This document shows positions 61,340 to 64,000 of a DNA stretch of 64,000 nt, piece after piece (the first letter of the stretch is position 1; every line of letters begins with the position of its first letter). This stretch comes from Takakia lepidozioides. Taxonomy: Eukaryota > Plantae > Bryophyta. The notes below the pieces were generated by a model. That model was given only the letters and a program-made list of their open reading frames with translations. It had not been told where the DNA came from and did not search any database. The stretch lies in assembly GCA_030704615.1 (NCBI GenBank), contig CM060733.1, positions 53,072,001 through 53,136,000 of the forward strand. The letters run 5' to 3'. Made by a program: the position numbers and the translations under genes.

Positions 61340-61648
61340 GAGATGGAAAAGTCAGGGGAGAAGCGTGTTGAATACAAAAGAATCTGTTACCGTCCTGAGC
61401 TAACGCCTCAGGAAGCAGCTCGAGCTTACGATGCGGGCATTTTCTACACTGGCAAGAGCACTCCATACAACTTCCAGGACTCTCCAAGCAATCTTCCCGC
61501 TCTATCTAGGGATATGTCCGATGAAGAGAGACATATTGCCATCCAGAAACAAGCCAAAGCTGCTGCAGTAAGAGTTCGAGAGCAGAACTACAGTGGTGAT
61601 AATGCCAAACGCCGGCGAGTGCCTGATGTGTTAATAGATCTTCAATAG
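61340..61648 (+). pseudogene. Internally deleted AP2/ERF-domain gene fragment
   Basis: YKRICYRPEL is joined directly to TPQEAARAYD..YNF, followed by IQKQAKAAA (ERF/DREB-like). The central W..EIR..WLG strands are absent. Confidence 0.6.
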
Positions 61649-64000
61649 GTTCCTGAACATTACAGATCTTCTAAGGCGACCCTGGGTAGAATTCTTAGCG
61701 GGATTGCTTAGTAGCGCGATAGTAACTCAATGCATGACATGTATATAGTTCAATGTGAGTCTTCAATCGCGTCTTCCCACTATTTGCTTAGCGGGAAAAT
61801 TTGGAGCTGTCTGTACTTGATATTTGAGCTGTCACAAAGTATCCATTTCTGTTTCTCCGATTTTGTCCAAAGCACTTCCGTGATTGCCCACGCCAAGTCG
61901 GAGGAGAGTCGGAGCTGTTCTTGGTAAAAAACACTTCATCACCACGGATTCATAAACTTTATACAGTTTGTTTGCCTGAGACCTTGTACACGTTATTATT
62001 ACTCTTTCCAAGAATTCTGAATTGTACAGTAATCTTTCAGGCTAGCATTACTTACTGGCATTCAATATAGAAGCATACTGATCAATGCCTGACCCATAAA
62101 TGCATGTACACGGTGCCCAAAGTTGCCTGGATGTCTGGCTGTAGATTGATGACAATGTACAAATCCAACTACCCTTTCCCAGGCAGACCGGGTGCTGATC
62201 AAGCGACATGCTTCACAGCAGCGATGAAGAAAAGTTGCTACGTCCTAGCGTGATACTAGTGTGATGAAATAGCCTTGTTCGATTAGACCATTTCTTTGTC
62301 TGCTACCGAAGTTGTTACTGAGCAACTTGAAAGAGTCATCATCCTCCACACGAGTCCATCAAAACACTAAGTTCTCATCCTCATGAATCAATGCACATTT
62401 TTTTTTCCAAGGCGCTTGCCTAGCACTTAGCTCCATTAGTGCTATATTGTTGTGGAAATGGCTAGATCCCATATGAGTTTTTATTGAAGGGTTGAATGTC
62501 AATGAAACCATAATTTTCCCATTTTCCCATTCTTTTCCCTTATACTATGGTACTCAACTACTCAAGACTTAGCAGTGAATGCATTGGAATCTGGGTCTGA
62601 AATTTAGTGAAATTTATGTTGAAAAAATGACTGTCTATGTTCACAATCCCCTTCTCAATGTCCATTTCAGTTACACCCACATCTATGATTTAGAGTAGAA
62701 GATTTATGGACCATACTTTGGACAATCATGGAAAGTTATTGTTGGGCAGTAATCATACATGCTTGTCTAGTTGCTTATTATCTCTTGTTGGATTAAAGTT
62801 TTTAGAGTTTGGAGCCAATTTGGATCATAAACACGAATAGACAAGTGCAGAAGTTGCAGCAAATGATATTACAAAAAAAGCATAGTTGTCAATTATGATG
62901 TGACATGGCGCCAACACATCAGCGTCACGGAAAATCTAGAATGGACTTTAAAGTTTACGTCGGAACTTTTTTCACATTGTTTTTTTTTTTTTTAACGATC
63001 CGATTTATTCCCATGGACAAGGTGGCAGCCTACATGAATTGCACGCATGGCCTTCATATTTTTATTTTTTCAATGCAAAAGAAAATGTTGGGCAGCCGCA
63101 ACGGCCGACCAATAGCTAGATGGACGGCCAGATGACAGTGGGACAATCACACGGGGTGACCGTTGACCAATAGCTAGGGTACGATGGGGCTACGATGGCT
63201 ATGAGGTCGTTTTTTTTTTTCTTTTTTTTTCTTTTTTTTTGTTTGGTCTTTGTTTCTTTAAATAAATTTTGTCGGCGACCGCTCCACAATCATCAAACGA
63301 CTGCTTTACAAGGGTCTGGTCGGTTGTTCGATTTTTTAATTTTCTCTTTGAAAACAAATGGATTGCTTGATGTTATTTTTTGGGGGACCTTTGTGTCACA
63401 TTTTTCACCCCCTTAACAATTACATCAATATGATGCAAAATTGACCATGTTAAGGCTGCGTCAAACGTGACCTGACGTCGCTGATGCTGATAACTTTGAC
63501 GGAAAACGGGATGCCTGAAGTCAAGAGACCAAGTTTTTGGAAGTTCATTTGTGGACCAGTTCACTGAGAATTGCGGCTCGCTAGCTAACCTCACTCCCTG
63601 CGCCAGCCTATATGTAGTGTACGCCTCAATGTACTGTTGAAATCAATACTCTATGCTATGGGTATGTAATGTACCAGTGTTGAGCGGGTATTAATTTAAT
63701 TTAATTTAATTTTTTATTTTTATTTATCCTCAAGGTAAGGGTAACCTGAATTTTGAGAAAAGATTTACTCAGTCAAGGAATTATTATTTTCAAATGGAAA
63801 CTAAGGGTCAGTTCCCGTTAATGCACATTTGTAGAACACATTGGGTCAGGGTATAACCGGGTACCCTCAAAATCTAACATGAGGGTAAGGTTATTTAACG
63901 GGTCCGGATAATTTGGTATACCAGCCGGATAAATATAATTAAGTTTGGGTAGGATAAGGGACATAACAATTTCCTAGGGATTTCGGATGAATTGGCAACA

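Noticed and set aside
63675-64000. Possible hAT-type end (CAGTGTTG.., GGGTA/ACCC motifs)
   Set aside because: It runs off the window, so the partner TIR and TSD cannot be verified.

Overview
Repeat-rich eukaryotic DNA from a land plant. The intron structure, gene content and transposon types suggest a non-seed plant such as a moss, but the species cannot be fixed from the sequence. Two intron-containing host genes lie on the - strand: NUB1-like (668-6231) and a TauE/SafE sulfite-exporter-family gene (40114-46665). Around them are nested, mostly disabled transposons and several degraded gene fragments (Crinkler-like NTPase, GIY-YIG, AP2, RING-H2). The most notable system is a Ty3/Gypsy LTR retrotransposon family seen as two long copies (about 21.8-28.1 kb +, 50.3-55.1 kb -) and one 3' remnant (35.7-38.0 kb +). 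It carries a DNMT3-like C5 cytosine methyltransferase between protease and RT, and a PHD finger on the integrase C-terminus. Both long copies share a TAG-CAA-CCA (CARYYA readthrough-type) stop between the methyltransferase and RT. The 3' terminus has an unusual A-B-A structure, and its B part also occurs separately as an apparently self-priming LTR. Other items: a piggyBac-like TTAA MITE with its empty site preserved next door, Tc1/mariner, MULE and CACTA non-autonomous elements, and a solo LTR inserted antisense into its own family, which creates a ~1 kb inverted repeat.
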